This document shows, piece by piece, positions 38,142-49,528 of a stretch of 64,000 bases of DNA. The stretch is from Bacteroidota bacterium. GTDB taxonomy: Bacteria; Bacteroidota; Ignavibacteria; Kapaibacteriales; UBA2268. The position numbers were made by a program, and so were the translations under genes. The notes below the pieces were generated by a model that was not told where the DNA came from, made no database searches, and saw nothing but the letters and a program-made list of their open reading frames with translations. The stretch spans positions 450,697-514,696 of the forward strand of contig SCSM01000011.1 of the NCBI GenBank assembly GCA_004322215.1, in the 5' to 3' direction. Position 1 is the stretch's first letter. Each line of letters opens with the position of its first letter.

Positions 38142-39461
38142 ATGATTTTTGATATAACACTGACTTTATTGCTTGTACTTCTAAACGGATTTTTTGTAGC
38201 CGCTGAATTTGCATTGGTAAAAATCCGTTCTTCACAAATCGAACTGATGATTAGAACAGGTAGTGTAGTTGCAAAAGTCACCCAACATCTGACTGAAAAT
38301 CTAAATGCCTATTTATCAGCATGTCAGCTTGGAATAACGCTGGCAAGTCTTGGACTTGGCTGGATTGGCGAGCCGGTAGTAGCTGATATAATTAAAGAAA
38401 TAATGTATTTTTTCGGATTGAATCTGCATCCTCAAACAATTCACTCTATTGCTCTGCCTGTTGCATTTATCACAATAACAACACTGCATATTATTCTTGG
38501 GGAACAGGCACCGAAATTAATAGCTATCCAAAAGCCGGAAGCAGTGTCTTCAGCAATTACTATACCTCTCAGGGTATTTTATTTCATATTCAAACCATTT
38601 ATCTGGATTCTGAATTTCATGGCAAACCTTTTTTTAAGATTAATCGGATTGAATCCAATTGCAACAGAATCTGAACTTCACAGCGCCGAAGAAATAAGGT
38701 ACCTTCTCGAAGAAAGCCAGAAAAGCGGGGTTATTGGTGTTTCGGAACATGAACTTCTTGAAAATGTATTTGAATTTTCAGAAACGCCTGTCAAACAAAT
38801 TATGATTCCGAGGGGGAAAATAATCGGTGTCGAAGTATCTATGAAAATCAATGATGTATTAGAAGCATTTATTGACGAAGGTTATTCGAGAATGCCTATA
38901 TATAAAGGTTCTATTGATAATATACTTGGAATTATATATGCAAAGGATTTAATAAATCTGATGCACCATAATAATCTTTTCGTCATTCAGGATATAATTC
39001 GAACTCCGTTTTTTATCAGAGAAGAAGAGAAGATTAATATTGTTCTGCGAAGAATGCAAAAAGAGAAAGTTCATTTGGCTATTGTTCTCGATGAATTCGG
39101 CGGTACAGCGGGTTTAATTACACTCGAAGACATAATCGAAGAAATATTCGGTGAAATTCAGGATGAATATGATGAAGAAGTTCCGATTGTCGTAAAAATT
39201 GATGATATTACTTACCAGGTAAATGCAGTGGCTGCAATAAGTGATGCTAATGAATATCTGCCTCAACCATTGCCTGAAAGCGAAGATTATGAAACAATCG
39301 GCGGACTTATTACCGGTGAAGTCGGACGCATTCCTTCAGAAAATGAAATTATCGAACTTCAAAATTATAAATGTAAAATTGTAAAAAGGTCTGAACGTTC
39401 TATTGAACTTGTGTTATTGATTTATCAGCACGTTATTGAATCACAAATTGATGCCGAATAG
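38142..39461 (+). CDS. Hemolysin-family / CorC-type transporter-associated protein (DUF21, CBS pair and a CorC_HlyC domain)
   Basis: 439 aa with an N-terminal 4-TM DUF21, two CBS domains and a C-terminal transporter-associated domain. Confidence 0.85.
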   Translation: MIFDITLTLLLVLLNGFFVAAEFALVKIRSSQIELMIRTGSVVAKVTQHLTENLNAYLSACQLGITLASLGLGWIGEPVVADIIKEIMYFFGLNLHPQTIHSIALPVAFITITTLHIILGEQAPKLIAIQKPEAVSSAITIPLRVFYFIFKPFIWILNFMANLFLRLIGLNPIATESELHSAEEIRYLLEESQKSGVIGVSEHELLENVFEFSETPVKQIMIPRGKIIGVEVSMKINDVLEAFIDEGYSRMPIYKGSIDNILGIIYAKDLINLMHHNNLFVIQDIIRTPFFIREEEKINIVLRRMQKEKVHLAIVLDEFGGTAGLITLEDIIEEIFGEIQDEYDEEVPIVVKIDDITYQVNAVAAISDANEYLPQPLPESEDYETIGGLITGEVGRIPSENEIIELQNYKCKIVKRSERSIELVLLIYQHVIESQIDAE

Positions 39462-39464
39462 AAT

Positions 39465-40232
39465 ATGAATTTCATAAATCAACCGACTTCAGCACAAATC
39501 AAATTATTTAACTCGTTAAAAAACAAAAAAAAACGAGATGAGAACCGTTTATTCATTGCTGAAGGTGAAAAATTATGTAATGAAGCTTTTAACAGTTCGT
39601 ATAAAGTTAACTCTCTTCTACTCAAAAAAGAGTCATCATCAAATTCGAAAGAAATTGCAAAAAAATATGAAAGAAAAAAAATACCCGTTTATTTTCTCAA
39701 CGAAAAAACATTCAACAGAATATGTGATACGGTAACCCCACAGGATATAATTGCTGTATTAAATTACAGGGAAGATAAACCTATAAATGATGAATCATTC
39801 GTTGCACTGGACCAAATCTCTGACCCCGGAAACATCGGCACTATCATCAGAACTGCAGAATGGTTCGGATTTAATCAGGTATTGCTTTCAGAAAGTTGTG
39901 CTGATAAATACAATCCAAAACTTGTCAGGGCAACAATGGGTTCTTTGTTCAGAATGAACATAATTTCGGGCTTAAATTTTTCTCAATCATTGAGAAATAT
40001 TTTTCCTGAACATATTTTTTTGGGAGCTTCACTCAATGCAAAAAAATCTATAGAACAGTTTAAACCGAATAAAAAATTCGGATTGTTTTTTGGTAATGAA
40101 GCTCATGGATTATCAGCTAAAACCAAGTATTTATTAGATGAAGAATTCAGGATTAAAGGTGATAAAGCAGAATCATTAAATGTTGCAGTAGCGGCAGGGA
40201 TTGCATTATATTATTTTAAAGAAATAGACTAA
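39465..40232 (+). CDS. TrmH/SpoU-family RNA 2'-O-methyltransferase
   Basis: 255 aa with SPOUT motifs (..DQISDPGNIGTIIRTAEWFG.., ..GNEAHGLS.., ..ESLNVAVAAGIALY..). Confidence 0.8.
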   Translation: MNFINQPTSAQIKLFNSLKNKKKRDENRLFIAEGEKLCNEAFNSSYKVNSLLLKKESSSNSKEIAKKYERKKIPVYFLNEKTFNRICDTVTPQDIIAVLNYREDKPINDESFVALDQISDPGNIGTIIRTAEWFGFNQVLLSESCADKYNPKLVRATMGSLFRMNIISGLNFSQSLRNIFPEHIFLGASLNAKKSIEQFKPNKKFGLFFGNEAHGLSAKTKYLLDEEFRIKGDKAESLNVAVAAGIALYYFKEID

Positions 40233-40410
40233 ACCACGGTTAAACTTTGGATTTTTAATTATAATAATTTATTAATACTTACGTTAACACTTCATATTTA
40301 TTTCGTATATTATAAATTAAGTCTGGATTAAAATTAGTTTTAATATTCAGATTAATAAATTAAGTTTGTAAGATATTAAAAAAATTAATGATTAATAAAT
40401 GAATATATAA

Positions 40411-41106
40411 ATGGAACAGATTATAAGTTTAGCAATAATAGTTGTCCTTTCATATTTAGTCGGCTCTATTCCTTCTGCAATATTAGTAAGCAAGAGAGTA
40501 TTCGGATTCGATATACGTGAACGCGGAAGCGGAAATATGGGAAGTACAAATGCAATTCGCATTTTGGGATGGAAATGGGGTTTGCTTGTCCAAACTGCTG
40601 ATATTATGAAAGGAGTAATTCCGGTTGTAATAATTGCTAATCTTCTCGGGCAAGATATAAAAATTGGTTCCGGAGAATTTTTTGAGCATATTACGGTTGT
40701 TAGAATGTTTGCCGGAGTAAGTGCTATAGCTGGACATGTCTGGTCAGTGTTCGCCGGTTTCAGGGGTGGTAAAGGTATCAATACAACAGCAGGTGTATTA
40801 ATTGCAATTGCTCCAATAGATGTATTCATTTCAATAGGAATTTTTATCATTGCTGTTCTTTTATCCGGTTATATTTCGTTAGGTTCGATTTCCGCTGCTG
40901 TTACGGTTCCTCTTTCGATGGTTTTCAGGTACAATATATTAAATGATTATATTCCAGGATACCAGGTATTATTATTTTTCAGCATTGGAATTGCACTACT
41001 GATATTATATACTCACCGTTCGAATATAAAAAGATTGCTCAAAGGTACTGAAAACCGCTTTTCTAAATTGCAGGTTATTAAATGTAAATCAAAAGGTTCT
41101 ACCTAA
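40411..41106 (+). CDS. plsY: Glycerol-3-phosphate acyltransferase PlsY
   Basis: 231 aa, a membrane protein, with ..GSGNMGSTNAIR.. and ..FAGFRGGKG.. Confidence 0.9.
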   Translation: MEQIISLAIIVVLSYLVGSIPSAILVSKRVFGFDIRERGSGNMGSTNAIRILGWKWGLLVQTADIMKGVIPVVIIANLLGQDIKIGSGEFFEHITVVRMFAGVSAIAGHVWSVFAGFRGGKGINTTAGVLIAIAPIDVFISIGIFIIAVLLSGYISLGSISAAVTVPLSMVFRYNILNDYIPGYQVLLFFSIGIALLILYTHRSNIKRLLKGTENRFSKLQVIKCKSKGST

Positions 41107-41126
41107 TCATTTTCAAAAGGTAAGAC

Positions 41127-42146
41127 TTGGAATCGAAAAAAAAAACTTATAAAATCGGGATACTTGGTGCCGGCGGCTGGGGAACTGCACTTTCAATAAC
41201 TCTCACTGACAATAATCACAAAGTTAGACTTTGGACTTTCGAAGATTATGTTGCCGATGAAATCAACAATCAGCACACAAACTCAATTTTTTTAAACGGT
41301 GTTTCAATTCCCGAATCTGTAACTGCTACTACTAAATTCTCAGATTTAAAAAATTCGGATTTGTTTGTCATTGCTATACCTACTCAATATATCAGGAGTG
41401 TATTGAAATCAAAAGCCATTCCGAAATTCGGGGATAAAATCGTTGTCAGTGTCGCAAAAGGCATTGAAAAAGACACTCTAATGCTTGTGTCAGAAATCGT
41501 AACTAATACAGTTAAGCTGGCTTCGGAACAATTCGTTATAATGTCAGGTCCCAGCCATGCAGAGGAGGTAGCAAGGAAATTACCCACAACCGTGGTTGCT
41601 GCTTCCGAAAATATTACAAATGCAAAGGAAGTACAATCAATTTTTATGACACCCTACTTCAGAATATATACAACTGATGATGTCATCGGTTGTGAAATTG
41701 GTGGCTCATTAAAAAATGTTATTGCAATCGCTGCAGGTATAATAGATGGATTAGGTCTCGGTGATAATACAAAAGCTGCATTAATAACGAGAGGTCTTGC
41801 TGAAATTACCCGGCTTGGGGTTGCAATTGGTGCTAATACTATCACGTTTTCCGGTTTATCCGGTCTTGGAGATTTGTTTGTTACTTGTAACAGTAAATTA
41901 AGCAGGAACAGATTTGTCGGTGAACAAATCGGTCTCGGAAAAAATCTAAAAGATATTCAAAAGAGTATGGAAATGGTTGCCGAAGGTATTCAAACAACAG
42001 AATCTGCCTACTTTTTAGCAAAAAAGCATATTGTTGAAGTTCCGATTATCGAGCAAATGTATCAGATTCTTTTCAAAGGTAAAAAACCTGCAAAGGCAAT
42101 TGAAGACCTTATGACAAGGCAATCTAAAAGGGAATGGTGGTGGTAA
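41127..42146 (+). CDS. gpsA: NAD(P)H-dependent glycerol-3-phosphate dehydrogenase
   Basis: 339 aa with the Rossmann motif GILGAGGWGTAL and GpsA core motifs. Confidence 0.9.
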   Translation: MESKKKTYKIGILGAGGWGTALSITLTDNNHKVRLWTFEDYVADEINNQHTNSIFLNGVSIPESVTATTKFSDLKNSDLFVIAIPTQYIRSVLKSKAIPKFGDKIVVSVAKGIEKDTLMLVSEIVTNTVKLASEQFVIMSGPSHAEEVARKLPTTVVAASENITNAKEVQSIFMTPYFRIYTTDDVIGCEIGGSLKNVIAIAAGIIDGLGLGDNTKAALITRGLAEITRLGVAIGANTITFSGLSGLGDLFVTCNSKLSRNRFVGEQIGLGKNLKDIQKSMEMVAEGIQTTESAYFLAKKHIVEVPIIEQMYQILFKGKKPAKAIEDLMTRQSKREWWW

Positions 42147-42167
42147 ATTAATTTTTCACTGCAAGAA

Positions 42168-44180
42168 ATGAAATATTTACTTAAAATATTCCTTGTTTTA
42201 TTAATAAGCCCGATTGCTTATCTTCCGTCATATTGTTTTGTTCAATGGGCATCAAAAGTATATTCATTTACAACCCAATACGGTGACAAGCAATATTCAG
42301 CAAATCAAATAATCAGTAAGCCGAGTGTTTTGCCGGTTTTCGGGAAAACACCTTGTGGCTGGACACCTAAAAACAGAGGGCAATTCATAAATGAACATAT
42401 TACAGTTGGTTTTGATTCGGCTATTTTTGTAACACAAATTGCGATTAATGAAAATTATAATCCCGGAAATATTTCCGAAATCAGATTATTCGATTCACTT
42501 CAACATGAATATTCAGTTTATAAATCGGATTCACAAAGTGTAAATATAAGACAAGGGAGATTATATAATATCTTTATTAATAAAACCAGCTTCAAAACAA
42601 AAAAGTTAAAGTTACTTTTAAAATCAGGTTACGCTGAAACCCAAATTGATGCTATTGCAATTTCTAATGAATCCGATTCGATCACAGTAAAAATAAATAA
42701 CGTTATAACAAATGAATCTAAATCACATCCCGAACGGCTGAGTGAAGAAGTAAATTCAAAATTTGACGAGTTGTCTCCAATCATCTCTCCGGACGGAAAA
42801 AAATTGTTTTTTACACGGGATTCTCATCCTGATAATTTAGGGGCTTTAAAAAAAGAAGATATATGGTTCTCAGAAATAGACAGTATGGGATATTTTAAAA
42901 ATGCAATGAATCTTGGACCACCTGTTAACAATCAAAATAATAATTTTGCATGTTCAATAACTCCGGATGGAAATGCCCTCCTCGTTGGAAATATTTACTT
43001 ACCAGACGGACAAATGAAATCGGGTATTTCTATCAGCTATTTCAAAGGTGATAAATGGACATTTCCTGATAGTCTCAGGATTAAGAATTATTATACAAAG
43101 GGTAAATCAGTTAGTTATTGTCTGTCCTCCAGCGGTAAAGTATTATTACTTTCACTTGAGCGTGATGATAGTTTCGGTGGATTGGATATTTACTACAGTT
43201 TTCTTCAACCGGATGGTTCATGGTCAGAGCCAATGAACATAGGCAATGCAATTAATACTGCAGCAAATGAAGATACCCCATTTTTAGCTGCAGACGAAAA
43301 AACGTTGTATTTTTCATCTGCCGGATACCCGGGTTATGGAAGTAATGATATGTTTCTTTCGAGACGACTTGATAGTACATGGCAAAAATGGTCGGAACCT
43401 GAAAATCTTGGTTCCACTTTCAATACAAACGGATGGGATGCTTACTACACAATTCCCGCTTCCGGTGAATATGCTTATTTCGTATCTGCGAAAAATGACG
43501 GAAATTTACATGATATTTACAGAATCAGATTAGCTTCTGAAATGAAACCAAAATCAGTAATGCTTATTTCAGGAAAAGTTGTGAACGCTAAAACAAAAGA
43601 GCCGATTGAAGCATTAGTAAAATATGAAACCCTGCCGGATGGTAAAGAAGCCGGTATTGCCCGTACAAATCCGATTAGCGGTGAATACAAAATCGTACTC
43701 CCCGCAGGTGAAAAATATGGCGTAATAGCCGAAGCAAAGGATTTTGTAGCTGTTGACGAAAACCTCGATTTGCGTGATTTTGATAAATATAAAGAACAAA
43801 AGAAAGATTTATTCCTCGTGCCTATCGAGGAAGGTCAGACCGTTAGAATGAATAATCTTTTCTTTGAGTTCGGTAAATACGAAATCCTTCAGGATTCTTA
43901 TCCTGAATTAAACAGAATAATTAAATTCTTGAATGACAATCCTTCTGTTCGTATACAAATATCCGGTCATACTGACAGTATTGGGTCAATAAACAGTAAT
44001 TTAGTTCTATCCCGTAACCGTGCTAAAGCAGTTTCTTTTTATATATTAGCAAATGGTATAAGTAAATCCCGTTTGATTACAAAAGGATTCGGCGATACAA
44101 AACCTGTTGCCGGTAATTCTTCTGAAGAAGGAAGACAGCAAAACCGGAGAGTAGAATTTCTAATATTAAAAAATAAATAG
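42168..44180 (+). CDS. OmpA-family protein with TolB-like (PD40 / WD40-like beta-propeller) repeats and a C-terminal OmpA domain
   Basis: 670 aa. The C-terminus ..IQISGHTDSIGSINSNLVLSRNRAKAV...NRRVEFLIL is an OmpA peptidoglycan-binding domain. Confidence 0.7.
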   Translation: MKYLLKIFLVLLISPIAYLPSYCFVQWASKVYSFTTQYGDKQYSANQIISKPSVLPVFGKTPCGWTPKNRGQFINEHITVGFDSAIFVTQIAINENYNPGNISEIRLFDSLQHEYSVYKSDSQSVNIRQGRLYNIFINKTSFKTKKLKLLLKSGYAETQIDAIAISNESDSITVKINNVITNESKSHPERLSEEVNSKFDELSPIISPDGKKLFFTRDSHPDNLGALKKEDIWFSEIDSMGYFKNAMNLGPPVNNQNNNFACSITPDGNALLVGNIYLPDGQMKSGISISYFKGDKWTFPDSLRIKNYYTKGKSVSYCLSSSGKVLLLSLERDDSFGGLDIYYSFLQPDGSWSEPMNIGNAINTAANEDTPFLAADEKTLYFSSAGYPGYGSNDMFLSRRLDSTWQKWSEPENLGSTFNTNGWDAYYTIPASGEYAYFVSAKNDGNLHDIYRIRLASEMKPKSVMLISGKVVNAKTKEPIEALVKYETLPDGKEAGIARTNPISGEYKIVLPAGEKYGVIAEAKDFVAVDENLDLRDFDKYKEQKKDLFLVPIEEGQTVRMNNLFFEFGKYEILQDSYPELNRIIKFLNDNPSVRIQISGHTDSIGSINSNLVLSRNRAKAVSFYILANGISKSRLITKGFGDTKPVAGNSSEEGRQQNRRVEFLILKNK

Positions 44181-44276
44181 AGAATAATTTGTAAATTTAA
44201 AATCATTTACGATTATTTCCCAATAATACAATTATTGATAATTTTGTACTTCATTTTATAAAATGATATTACAATT

Positions 44277-45020
44277 ATGAAAACTTTAAATGTAAATATA
44301 GACCATGTTGCCACCATAAGAGAGGCACGGGGAGGAAAAGAACCTGACCCCGTTAATGCAGCATTAATAGCAGAATTGGCTGGTGCAAGCGGAATTGTCT
44401 GCCATTTGAGGGAAGACAGAAGGCATATCCATGACAGGGATGTAAAAATTCTTCGTGAGGTAATTCAGACAAAACTTGATTTGGAAATGGCTGCTCACGA
44501 AGAAATAATCAACATTGCTTTAAATATAAAACCCGACTTAGTTACTATTGTCCCGGAAGGCAGAATGGAATTAACTACTGAAGGTGGCTTGGATGTTGCG
44601 GGAAATCCTGAGTTGTTTAAATCTCTTGTTAATAGAATGCATGACAAAGGGATAGAAGTCAGCTTTTTTGTGGAACCGGAGCAAAAACAAATTGATGCAT
44701 CCTTGAAAGCAGGTGCTGATATGGTCGAATTACACACTGGTACTTATGCAAATGCATCTGATAAGAATTCGCTCAGTAATGAATTATATAGGATTAAAAA
44801 ATCCTCGACACTTGCTCACAATGCCGGATTGAAAGTTGCTGCAGGCCATGGAATTAATTATATAAATATTAAACCCCTATGCCTGATTCCTGAAATAATA
44901 GAATTCAGCATAGGTCATTCTTTAATAAGCCGGGCGATTCATGTTGGAATCGAAAGAGCTACAAGAGAGATGATAGATGTTATTAATACATCAACTTTGC
45001 ACAGAGGTCTAAATAAATAA
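44277..45020 (+). CDS. pdxJ: Pyridoxine 5'-phosphate synthase
   Basis: 247 aa (MKTLNVNIDHVATIREARGG..EPDPV..). Confidence 0.9.
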   Translation: MKTLNVNIDHVATIREARGGKEPDPVNAALIAELAGASGIVCHLREDRRHIHDRDVKILREVIQTKLDLEMAAHEEIINIALNIKPDLVTIVPEGRMELTTEGGLDVAGNPELFKSLVNRMHDKGIEVSFFVEPEQKQIDASLKAGADMVELHTGTYANASDKNSLSNELYRIKKSSTLAHNAGLKVAAGHGINYINIKPLCLIPEIIEFSIGHSLISRAIHVGIERATREMIDVINTSTLHRGLNK

Positions 45021-45055
45021 TTGTTCCCTCTTAACACAATCGGATAAAATAATTA

Positions 45056-46972
45056 ATGTGCGGTATAGCCGGAATATTTGAATACAGTGTATCTGATAAT
45101 CAGATAAACGATAAAATATTAAAATCAATGAGCGATGTAATTCAGCATCGCGGACCCGATTCCGATGGGCAATGGATTTCTGAAGATTACAAATGCGGTC
45201 TTGCTTTCAGACGGCTTGCAATCATTGATTTAAGTGAAGCGGCGAACCAGCCGATGCTAACTGCAGATGGAAAATTTTCGATTGTATTCAATGGTGAGGT
45301 TTATAATCACTTAACTATCAGAGAAGAATTAGAAAAAAGTGGCTATAAGTACAAGTCACGTTCTGATACTGAAACAATACTTTATGGATACCGGGAATAT
45401 GGAACTGAAATTCTCTCAAAACTTCTCGGTATGTGGGGAATGGCAATTTGGGATAATGACAAAAAAGAATTATTCATTGCAAGGGACAGAATCGGGATAA
45501 AACCTCTTTATTATACTATTTCAAACGGAAGATTTATTTTTGGGTCAGAGATAAAAGCAATATTACAACATCCTTCTGTCAAAGCCGAACTTAACCTTGA
45601 TGAACTCCCCAATTATCTGAATTATGGAATGACAGGAAGGGAATCATTATTTAAAAATATTAAAAAACTTCCCCCGGCTCATTTTCTGAGAATCAATTCC
45701 AAAGGTGAAATTCATATTGAAAGATATTGGAATCCTTTCAATTCAGAATTAGATCCAACTCGAATGAGTTTTGACGATATCCAATCGGAAGTCCTTCGAT
45801 TGCTCAAACAATCAATCAAAGACAGGATGATGAGCGATGTACCGTTCGGAGTGTTTCTTAGCGGTGGTGTTGATTCCAGTTTAAATGTAGCACTTATGGC
45901 TGAATTGATGAACCGCCCTGTTGATACTTTCACAGTCGGTTTTAAGGAACTTGAAAAATATAATGAGCTCGATTATGCAAGAAAAATTGCCGGATTATAT
46001 AAAACAAATCACCATGAAATACTGATTGACAGCAATGATGTTTTCCCTGTACTGGAAGATTTGGTTTGGCATGAAGACGAACCGAATGCAGACCCGGTTT
46101 GTATGCCACTATACTTTCTCAGCAAATTGACAAGAGATTCAGGAACCATCGTCATTCAGGTTGGCGAAGGCAGTGATGAACAGTATATTGGTTACAAGTG
46201 GATGCTTAGAGATTACAATTTTCATAATTCATTCTGGAAGTACTTTACACATTTACCTGAATTTTTGAGGAAAACAATTTATTATTCATCCAAACCGGTA
46301 TTTCAAGGATTAAATCAATATCTTGCTCTTGACTATCTGAGACGAGGGACTTTCAATGAGGAGCTGTACTGGAGCGGTGTTCCTATTTTCACTCCTTCAC
46401 ACCAGAACAAATTGCTAAATGAAGAATATTATTATTTAATGTCTAATGCATGGAAATATGCATCAAATAATTATCTGGAAGTAGAAAAACTAAACGGTGA
46501 TTCGACCTATTTACAGAAAATGACATTCCTCGAGCTTCAGCACCGTCTTCCTGAATTGTTACTTATGAGAGTTGATAAAATCGGTATGGCACATAGCATT
46601 GAAGCAAGAGTCCCCTTCCTCGACCACCGTCTCGTTGAGTTTGTCCTGTCAATTCCCGATAAAATTAAAGTACCCGATAAAAGAAATACTAAATACATAT
46701 TGAAAAAAGCTGTCGAATCGATACTTCCGCATGATATAATATACAGGCAAAAACAGGGATTTTGGGCACCTGTGAACGAATGGCTGAGAAATGAATGGAA
46801 AAGTTATGCTTATTCCGAAATCACTAATTCTGAGCTAATGAAAACAGGCATTTTTGACAATGCATTTATTGATAAAATCTTTAAATTACATGAATCTGGC
46901 AGGAAAAATCTTGGATTGGAACTGTATTCACTCCTAATGCTAAACCTTTGGTATAAAAAATTCATTGCTTGA
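45056..46972 (+). CDS. asnB: Asparagine synthase (glutamine-hydrolysing)
   Basis: 638 aa with an N-terminal MCGIAG nucleophile and the synthetase domain motif SGGVDSS. Confidence 0.9.
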   Translation: MCGIAGIFEYSVSDNQINDKILKSMSDVIQHRGPDSDGQWISEDYKCGLAFRRLAIIDLSEAANQPMLTADGKFSIVFNGEVYNHLTIREELEKSGYKYKSRSDTETILYGYREYGTEILSKLLGMWGMAIWDNDKKELFIARDRIGIKPLYYTISNGRFIFGSEIKAILQHPSVKAELNLDELPNYLNYGMTGRESLFKNIKKLPPAHFLRINSKGEIHIERYWNPFNSELDPTRMSFDDIQSEVLRLLKQSIKDRMMSDVPFGVFLSGGVDSSLNVALMAELMNRPVDTFTVGFKELEKYNELDYARKIAGLYKTNHHEILIDSNDVFPVLEDLVWHEDEPNADPVCMPLYFLSKLTRDSGTIVIQVGEGSDEQYIGYKWMLRDYNFHNSFWKYFTHLPEFLRKTIYYSSKPVFQGLNQYLALDYLRRGTFNEELYWSGVPIFTPSHQNKLLNEEYYYLMSNAWKYASNNYLEVEKLNGDSTYLQKMTFLELQHRLPELLLMRVDKIGMAHSIEARVPFLDHRLVEFVLSIPDKIKVPDKRNTKYILKKAVESILPHDIIYRQKQGFWAPVNEWLRNEWKSYAYSEITNSELMKTGIFDNAFIDKIFKLHESGRKNLGLELYSLLMLNLWYKKFIA

Positions 46973-47196
46973 GTTTAAGCTAAAATTTAATCTTGGTTTC
47001 ACTACACCGTTATAATATTTTAATTATCATAACTTTTTAAAATTCAATAACAAATTTTGCTTTGCCGTACTCCATTTCTTAACTATTTTTGAAGTCTGTA
47101 ATTTGACAAAAAATTGAAAGTATTAATAAATTAATAAATCATTTTTTCAGATTATAATAAAAGTATTGTTTATAATTTTCATTTAAGGAGTTATTT

Positions 47197-48444
47197 ATGT
47201 TCGGTAAAATGAAGAACTATCTGTCAGATGAGCTTCAAAAACTTCATGACCAAAAATTGTACAAACATGAAAGAATCATCGAAAGCCCCCAATCTGCAGA
47301 AATTACTGTAAAAGGAAAAAAAGTATTAAATTTCTGCGCTAACAATTATCTCGGATTGTCATCACATCCTGATTTGATTAAAGCGGCGCATGGTGAAATA
47401 GACCACAGGGGATATGGATTATCTTCAGTAAGATTTATCTGTGGTACACAGGACATTCACAAGGTACTCGAGAAAAAAGTTTCCGATTTTTTAGGTACTG
47501 AAGATACTATTTTGTTTTCATCTTGTTTCGATGCAAACGGTGCGGTGTTTGAACCGCTTCTTCAGGAAAATGATGCTATCATTACTGACGCATTGAACCA
47601 CGCATCAATTATAGACGGAATTCGGCTTTGTAAAGCACAAAGATGGATTTATAGCCATGGGAACATGAGTAACGAGGTCGGCCTTGACCCATCCACCGGC
47701 AAAGAACTCAAAGGACTTGAAAAGTGTCTTATAGAAGCTAATGAAAAAGGATGCCGTTTCAAAATGATTGCAACTGATGGTTGCTTCTCTATGGACGGCG
47801 ATATTGCAAAATTGGATGAAATCGTAGCACTTGCAGATAAATATGATGCTCTTGTTATGGTTGACGATAGCCATTCGACTGGTTTTATGGGTAAAACAGG
47901 TCGCGGTACACATGAGTTTCGTGGTGTAATGGGCAAAATTGATGTCATCACAACGACTTTCGGAAAAGCACTCGGTGGTGCTTCCGGCGGCTGTATATCT
48001 GGTCGTAAAGAGATTGTTGACTGGATGAGAAACAAAGCCAGACCTTACTTATTCTCGAACACAGTTCCTCCATCTACAGTTGGTGCAACAATTAAAGTTA
48101 TGGATTTACTTACTGCTTCAACTACTCTCAGAGACAAATTGGAAGCAAATACAATGAAATTCCGCAGCGAAATGACTGCCGCCGGCTTCGATATAATCCC
48201 CGGTGTACATCCAATCGTTGCAATTATGTTTGGCAAATATCCCGATTGTTCAAAGCTGGCTGTTGATTTTGCTAACAAGATGCTCGAGGAAGGAATTTAT
48301 GTTATCGCATTCTCTTTCCCCGTTGTTCCGAGAGGAATGGACAGAATAAGGGTTCAGCTTTCGGCAGGACATTCAACTGAACAAGTTGCTTTTGCTGTCC
48401 AGAAATTTACAAAAGTTGGTAAAGAACTTGGTATGATTAAATAA
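47197..48444 (+). CDS. kbl: Glycine C-acetyltransferase (2-amino-3-ketobutyrate CoA ligase)
   Basis: 415 aa, a PLP-dependent alpha-oxoamine synthase, followed by tdh. Confidence 0.9.
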   Translation: MFGKMKNYLSDELQKLHDQKLYKHERIIESPQSAEITVKGKKVLNFCANNYLGLSSHPDLIKAAHGEIDHRGYGLSSVRFICGTQDIHKVLEKKVSDFLGTEDTILFSSCFDANGAVFEPLLQENDAIITDALNHASIIDGIRLCKAQRWIYSHGNMSNEVGLDPSTGKELKGLEKCLIEANEKGCRFKMIATDGCFSMDGDIAKLDEIVALADKYDALVMVDDSHSTGFMGKTGRGTHEFRGVMGKIDVITTTFGKALGGASGGCISGRKEIVDWMRNKARPYLFSNTVPPSTVGATIKVMDLLTASTTLRDKLEANTMKFRSEMTAAGFDIIPGVHPIVAIMFGKYPDCSKLAVDFANKMLEEGIYVIAFSFPVVPRGMDRIRVQLSAGHSTEQVAFAVQKFTKVGKELGMIK

Positions 48445-48459
48445 ATAATTTTTTATTAT

Positions 48460-48492
48460 GTAGGGCTTCTATGTTGTGAAGCCCTTTTCTGT
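48460..48492 (+). terminator. Hairpin between kbl and tdh (AGGGCTTC-tatgttgt-GAAGCCCT followed by TTTCT). It is a partial terminator or attenuator.
   Basis: A perfect 8-bp stem lies 16 nt after the kbl stop and 29 nt before the tdh start. Confidence 0.45.
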
Positions 48493-48520
48493 AAAAATAA
48501 AACTTATACAAGGATTAAAT

Positions 48521-49492
48521 ATGAAGAAGGAAATAAAAAAGATACTCGTTACCGGTTCTGTCGGACAAATTGGCTCTGAGTTAACTCTTGCACTTAGAAA
48601 AAAATATGGTGCTGAAAACGTGATTGCAACCGGAAGAAAAACCGAACCGAGCAAAGAATTGCGTGAGTCGGGTCCTTTCCATTTTATCAATGTGAATGAC
48701 CCTGCATCAGTCGAAGAAATGATAAAAAAATATAATATTGATACGATAGTTCACATGGCTGCTATTCTTTCCGGTGTTGGTGAGAAAAATCCGATGCTTT
48801 GCTGGGATGTAAATATGAATGGCACAATAGTAATTCTTAATCTTGCTGTTCAATATGAAATGGCAAGAGTTATTATTCCGAGCTCAATAGCTGTTTGGGG
48901 ACCGGGCACACCTGCTAAGGCACCGCAGGAAACGGCTCTGAAACCAACAACAATGTATGGAGTAACAAAGGTTGCCGGCGAATTACTGGCAGATTATTAT
49001 GTAAGGAAATTCGGATTAGACAGCCGCGGTTTGCGCTATCCTGGTATCATATCTTCCGAAACGCTTCCCGGGGGTGGTACAACTGATTACGCTGTGGCTA
49101 TTTATTATGAAGCTGTCAAAAACAAGCACTACACTTGCTTTGTCAATGAACAGACAAAGCTTCCCATGATGTATATGCCTGATTGCATTAAATCAACTAT
49201 GGATTTGATGGAAGCACCTTTTGAAAAACTGAAACATCATAATGATTTCAATGTCGGTTCTATGAGTTTTGATGTAAAGACTTTAGCAAATTCCATTAAG
49301 AAATATATACCGGAATTCACCATTAATTATGAGCCGGATTTCAGACAGGCAATTGCAGATTCCTGGCCCGATGATGTTGAAGATTCAGCCGCCCGTGAAG
49401 AATGGGGTTGGAAGCCATCTTATGACCTCGATTCAATGACAAAGGATATGCTTGCCAATTTGACTGAAAAACATAAAAAAGGACTTATTTAA
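48521..49492 (+). CDS. tdh: L-threonine 3-dehydrogenase (NAD-dependent epimerase/dehydratase-type TDH)
   Basis: The start is set at MKKEIKKILVTGSVGQIGSEL (a Rossmann GxxGxxG). The catalytic YxxxK (..YGVTKVAGE..) is present. It is partnered with kbl. Confidence 0.85.
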   Translation: MKKEIKKILVTGSVGQIGSELTLALRKKYGAENVIATGRKTEPSKELRESGPFHFINVNDPASVEEMIKKYNIDTIVHMAAILSGVGEKNPMLCWDVNMNGTIVILNLAVQYEMARVIIPSSIAVWGPGTPAKAPQETALKPTTMYGVTKVAGELLADYYVRKFGLDSRGLRYPGIISSETLPGGGTTDYAVAIYYEAVKNKHYTCFVNEQTKLPMMYMPDCIKSTMDLMEAPFEKLKHHNDFNVGSMSFDVKTLANSIKKYIPEFTINYEPDFRQAIADSWPDDVEDSAAREEWGWKPSYDLDSMTKDMLANLTEKHKKGLI

Positions 49493-49528
49493 TTAACAAT
49501 TCAAAATTAAGAAATAACAATTAAAATT